NCBI GenBank assembly: GCA_904063045.1 | Contig: CAJFCJ010000012.1 | Location: 310,001 to 374,000 of the forward strand | Length of the DNA: 64,000 nucleotides | Direction: 5' to 3' | DNA from: Dimorphilus gyrociliatus | Lineage: Eukaryota; Animalia; Annelida | Part shown: positions 58,442 through 64,000 of the stretch, in pieces | Layout of the letters: each line of letters starts with the position of its first letter | Position numbering within the stretch: the stretch's first letter is position 1 | Translations under genes and position numbers: made by a program | The notes under the pieces: model-generated | The model's database searches: none | What the model was told of the DNA's origin: nothing | What the model saw: only the letters and a program-made list of their open reading frames with translations

Positions 58442-61400
58442 AATCGATAATTTTATATTTTCATAATCTTTGCAATTGTTTCGTTTTCAACCATAAACGA
58501 TTTTCTACTTAGTGTAAAGCAATGACTTAAAGATTCATTTAATTCAACTAGAGAGTAATGTATTATAGATTTTCTGCTAAGTAATAAATTAAGCCAAATT
58601 AATCACATTTCAAATCTTTCAACTGTAATACATAATCTTTGAACGAGCTATTATACCTAATAAATCTGTTACTATTACTTAAATTAATTATTAGGGGAAA
58701 TAGAAAATGTATTTTATTCTCTCTGACGTAAAGATTCTTTACCGTAATTATGGTATTTTATAATTTACTTCAGTTATAGCCTTAATGATTTTGTTTACTT
58801 TTCATTTCTATTTTTATCTACTTATAGAGAATTTACTATATTTTTGTGTTTCATAAGATAAAAAGCGTATGCACTCATTTCACTACTCTTTATCTAATAA
58901 TTCAGCAATTACGTAGTTCAAAGCAAAGGACAAAAAAAATATTTCCTGACTTTGATAATATAAATGTTATAGGCGATTGTACTTTGTTAAGAAAGGTGTT
59001 GATCTTTTAATAGAATTTTTAGTAGAAAATACAAACAGAGTCCTTGTTATAAACCTTAAAATAATTATTAATGCGCAGATCACAAATAATAAATTGCGCA
59101 ATAACATTTTAAAATTCTCAATGTCGAATATATGATAATTATACGATTAAGACTTTCAAATATACACTATTGGAAATAAATGTAAAGAAAAAAACAACAA
59201 AATACGTTAAGAATATTAAAAGATACTGTTATGTAGAGCGATTAATTATAATGCTGAATACCAAGCTTTAATAACATTTTAATTGATTCTGATTCAATTA
59301 ATTGATTGAATCATTAAGGAATATCTTTGTTTCGCTCCTATTTGATAAATTATATAGCTGATAGACTTTAATAGAAAATAATAAATTTTTTTGTTTTATA
59401 GATTACGTAATATAAGTAAAACATTTAAATTTCTGTCGATTTATCTCATTTGCAAAAGCACAACTTTTACAGATATATTCTCTTCTTTATTCTATTCTAT
59501 TTCATATTCCAATGCTTATTCTTTTATTAATATAAAAATACCTTTTTCTTTTTATCAAAAATAATTATCGCAAAGGTAAACAAGTTTAACGGTTTATATA
59601 CTAATATAATTTGTATACTTTCAGTTGATGTCCATAGCAACCGAGTTATTAATTATACCTTAAAGCAATCTTAACAAAAAATAGCCTAAAGAATTCCCTC
59701 GCAATATCGAAACTGTAAGAACAGAAGAAGGATTTATGTACGTTGTTAATTTATCTTAAAACTGACCTTTTAAATCTGTTATGGAATCAAGTAGATAATT
59801 TAATTAATCTATTCTTCAAGTAAATTATAACCTTTAAAAGAATAAAAACAATTTAAATATCAGTAAACGTTTTTGTCTATCTTCCCAATTTATCACAGCA
59901 TTCAACAAGCTTTTAAAAAAAGATGGGTTTTTGTCCATACTCTCTTAGATAAAAAAGTATGTAAATATGCTGCATGCAGTATATATATTTAGAGAAATAT
60001 TTATAGCCAATGTTAAAAAATTTTCAAAATATTGGCTAAATTTGTTTAAATGTTCCTTTGGGAGTATAGCATCGCGATAAATTGAATCTAAATAACGCAT
60101 AATTTAATAACTTCCATTGATTGTTTGTAGTACATCTTTTTCATTCATAAAAACTCTTTATTATCAATAAAAAAAAATAATAAATGTAATATGCAATGAA
60201 TAGATTATATAAATATTTATTGAATAAATTAATCTATTGCATATACAGTAACTAGATAGTGTTTTTCACATTATTTTATTCTTACATCTTCTTCCTCAAT
60301 CTCTTCACTTTCTTTCTTATTTTAATTCTCTTCTACAGACTTTTTCGTTACCAATGTGATGATAATCAGTTTATTTTTAGTAACAAATAATTGCTATGAG
60401 TCAACTTAGGTCTAGTTGTATTCATTGTTGTATAGTTGATGAATACTTTATAAACATAAAGATAAATATTTTTTAAGCTACAAATTAAACTATATGCAAA
60501 TTAGTTTCTTTTTTGTTTGACCTTCAATATTATCAAGCTTTACCAACTGAATGTAAATTATTAGAAACATTATAGAGTCTCTATTTATAAAGAAAGAAGA
60601 AATAGAGTTCCATACAATGGAGGAATTTTATTATTCCTTCGTTATATCTTTTAAAATAGATCGTTAAAGAGCAAAGAGACGGTAAATAGCAACAGCCTCA
60701 TCTTCTAAGATGATGCTATAAATAAATTGTCAATGCTTAAGTAGATATTTCGACTTGCATATACTTTCCCTAAATTTATTTAGTAAGATTTTTTCAAATA
60801 TCTATTGCTTTATATTAAAGTTAGCCTTATAGATAGCAGTAGTAATTTTTACCAATAGCAAAAAATGTGAAAAATATATGCCTATAAATTGATAAACTAT
60901 TAAACAAGGTATAATCTTTCTGTCATTTTTGGCCTAGGCAAAATTAGGCGATAATTTCGTTCTCATCAACAAAAAATATTATTTTATTATATTAAAACGA
61001 GTTCTAGCGTAAATGGATCAAATGAATTCCAAGAATTTTTGTTACAATTGCATATATCACTAAAAGCTGTCAAAGAATAATTTGGTTTTATTAATTAAGA
61101 TATTTATAAAATATCATCTTAATCTGTTTATGTTTAGAAAATACAGCTTAGTGAAAGTATAAATTGGTTTTAAACTAAGTATGATACTAATTGGTAATTT
61201 TAATTTAATATTCTTGAATACGATTTTTGAAATTTCCCATGATAATACTATTATTTTCCTTTAATTCATATAGAGAACTTGGAGAGTAGCTTTCATTCTT
61301 GTTTATTCTTTACTTTAAAATAAATAAATCAACTGTAAGTATCCTCTTCTTTAAATATAAATTCTCAGAAACGTCTTATGGTGTTGTTATTTTGCATATG

Positions 61401-62791
61401 AAAAAAGTTAAAGGTAAAATACTCTTTTCTCCTTTTCTCCATTGATTATAATGTATATCAGTTAAAAAAAAGTAGGATAGAAACGTTATCTGTTTCTATC
61501 TGCTACAGTGCCCATAAATAATCGATAGTATTTAAAATAGAAGCACATAAATCAAAAGGTTAATGTTAAAAGTAGATGCCCTCTTTTTTACCAACCGATA
61601 CAGAATACTCGGAAAATAACAAGCCTTATTATTTCGATAGAGTATACAGCAATAATTGCTTATATTTTTAAGGAAATAGAATAAATTAGATTCCTCAGTT
61701 GACTATAGTTATGCTAATGTATGTTAAAGTAATATAAGATTTGCAAAAGAAGGTCTTCTATTTCTAAATTAATTTACTAACGCTCGCAAACTGTTTCCTT
61801 GAATTGCGGACGGAAAAATGTCGAACCGTTTTATCTTCTACGAAAAAATAAAGGTGTATAGATATGTTTATTTGCCTTCCTGCGGAGCCATTAACCAGGG
61901 AGAGATGAAAGAAATTATAAAGGAAACTTTACTTAGAATGCAAACAATACCTCAACTCATTTTCATCGAAATAAAAGTTAAAGTAATATAACGAAATTGC
62001 ATTGGTAAATAGGCTATACTTCTTTTCTGTGAAATATGATAAGAATATAATATTAAATATTAATTCGTACAATCGTATAATATTACAAGAAATATGTTAA
62101 CAAAAGAGAACTTATGTTTTATCAAAATTAAATAATTATTATATTTAATTAGTTATATTCGTCTTGTCTTTTCCAAAGCATTCCAAGCATTGATGGCTTA
62201 GAGAATAATTAATATATCTTATATATCCATAAGAATAATTTCAATACTCTAAGATGTTTTTATTAGCTGTATAATAAGCATATGTATGAGATATTGAATA
62301 CCAAAGAAAATATTAGCATTGTACTTATTAACACATCCTGTATTTACAAAAATAGTCTAGTTTTTCATCATACTTTGTAATATTTTCTGATAAATTTTGA
62401 ACAAATTTTCCCCTCGAGTTGTTTGTAAATTTTGGCAAATTGATAATCAACAAATGCTTTTGTTTACTTTTCATTATTTACTTTGAAATATGCACGTACG
62501 CTGAGGTAAAGTTACAAAGTAAATGAATGAAGTTATACGCTTTAGCAGAAGGATAATTTTATAAATATACAGTTTTATTTATTGTAAATGAAACAAACTA
62601 TGATAACTCTACTTTTCTATTATCTTTTCACAATCTCATTCAAAGGATAAAACTTGCTAATATCATAATTACATGGAAGGGATTAAATTTGTATCTATCA
62701 AAGATTTTTTAAGGCCGATACTAGCGCCAACTTTTGAGTAGCGTCACCTGTAACGCTTTCTCACTTTTGCGATTCTGAGCGCCGGTGCAAA

Positions 62792-64000
62792 ATGAATACT
62801 ACCATCTCTCCTGGTGTAAAAGAACTTGAAGAAATTTGGAATGAAAGACTGAAATTATTTTACAAATACTCTTTACCGAATTTGATTGCCTTCGGCTTGA
62901 TTGGACATATGATTGCTATTAGTGTATTTTTGCTATCGAAGAAACGATTTCGGTCCTCAAGCGTTTATTTAACTGCGTTATCCGTTGCCGATTGCTGTTT
63001 TCTGCTCTCTCTTATTCCTATAAGCTTGGGATATTTTCAAATTGAACTATTTCACATTCCAGTTTTTTGCCAGTTGTTGATATTCGTCATACAGAATTCT
63101 GCTGCATTATCAGTTTGGTTCGTTGTATGTTTCACTGTCGAAAGATATGTGGCCGTTTTCCTACCGCTAAAGAAAGCCAACTGGTGTACTACTAGAAGAG
63201 CCAGAATTGTAGTAGTTACTCTTTCAATATTCTCTTCAATTCTTTACTTAGATTATCCTCTATCTCTTGATGTGCAAGTTCGTTCGAATTAAATCCAGAG
63301 CTATTAACATAAGAGATCTCATTAAAAAGTCTTAAAAGCTGGATAACAATAGCATTTCGAGTTATGATATTGTTAAGAATTAAAGAGACATTATTATAAG
63401 AAGTTTTAAGTAGTAGATTTCAATTACTGACATCTTAAAAATTGCTAACATTCTTAATATTCTACTGAGAGGTTCCCTATTACTTATAGGTTAATCTAAG
63501 CTATAATGCTTTATATATACTTTATATAATAGTATATTTCAACTTTTCTTTTAGCTTTTCCACATATCTATGTCTTTTACTCATGTGCTATTTCTGTACT
63601 GCTCTACCTTGGATGTCATTTTTAAGCAGAGCTCTCGTCTAAGCACTTTAAATTATCTTATTATTTTCAAAGTATAAAATATTATTAGCTAATAAAATAA
63701 GCCAAGGATATAATTCGGACGAATAATAGTTCAACACTAAGAAAAACAAAACTCTGTGCGAAACAAAGTCTAAATGGTTCAAGATCATCAATATTCATAA
63801 TTCCGTTGATACAATGTTAACTTGTATTTTACCAACTTTGATAATATTCTCGTTCAATCTCTCAATAGCATATAAAATATGGGCTACAGAAAAGAGGAGA
63901 AAACAGAGATTAATAGCTGGTAGACAATTACCACAATCTAATGATGTTAAAATTACCATTCTTTTAATAACGATATCAACTATATTTCTTCTTCTGAATG
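62792..64000 (+). CDS. Class A (rhodopsin-like) GPCR, peptide-receptor type, 3' end beyond window
   Basis: Exon 1 (62792-~63277) covers TM1-TM4: SVYLTALSVAD, C in ECL1/TM3, FTVERYVAVFLPL, CTTRRA. An in-frame exon from 63730 gives ECL2 Cys, TM5 (DTMLTCILPTLIIFSFNLSI), ICL3 and the start of TM6 (ITILLITISTIFLLLN). Confidence 0.88.

Noticed and set aside
50700-62700. Short ORFs in the intergenic regions (54206, 56083 and similar) and a search for tRNA/rRNA/snRNA genes
   Set aside because: The ORFs have AT-rich random-like composition with no motifs, and I recognised no structured RNA gene.

Overview
This is AT-rich, gene-dense metazoan (invertebrate) genomic DNA with many 50-70 nt GT-AG introns, so the ORF track shows exon fragments rather than whole genes. 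The compact architecture resembles miniature genomes such as the annelid Dimorphilus, but that is inference only. Gene order: xanthine dehydrogenase/aldehyde oxidase family gene (+, 2312-7395); secreted single-domain ACE-like peptidase (-, 8866-11542); DCLK3-like doublecortin kinase (-, 13024-18696); small 2-TM protein (-, 20420-20833); tandem array of four intact 14-exon genes (+, 26056-50626); PM20D2-like M20 peptidase (+, 56910-58383); class A peptide-type GPCR running off the window end (+, 62792->64000). The standout is the array. Each gene encodes about 1,400-1,500 aa: a highly divergent alpha-helical N-terminal region (~870 aa), a heptad coiled coil, a Death domain, two TIR domains that both keep the NADase-type glutamate, a variable-length charged tail and a CaaL prenylation motif. 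A 1,509-bp coiled coil-Death-TIR-TIR block is almost nucleotide-identical in all four copies and shows a recombination (four-gamete) signature. The flanking coding sequence, even within the same exon, is only about a quarter to a third identical at protein level by eye. This looks like a membrane-anchored innate-immune or cell-death receptor array with diversified sensors and a signalling core homogenised by gene conversion.
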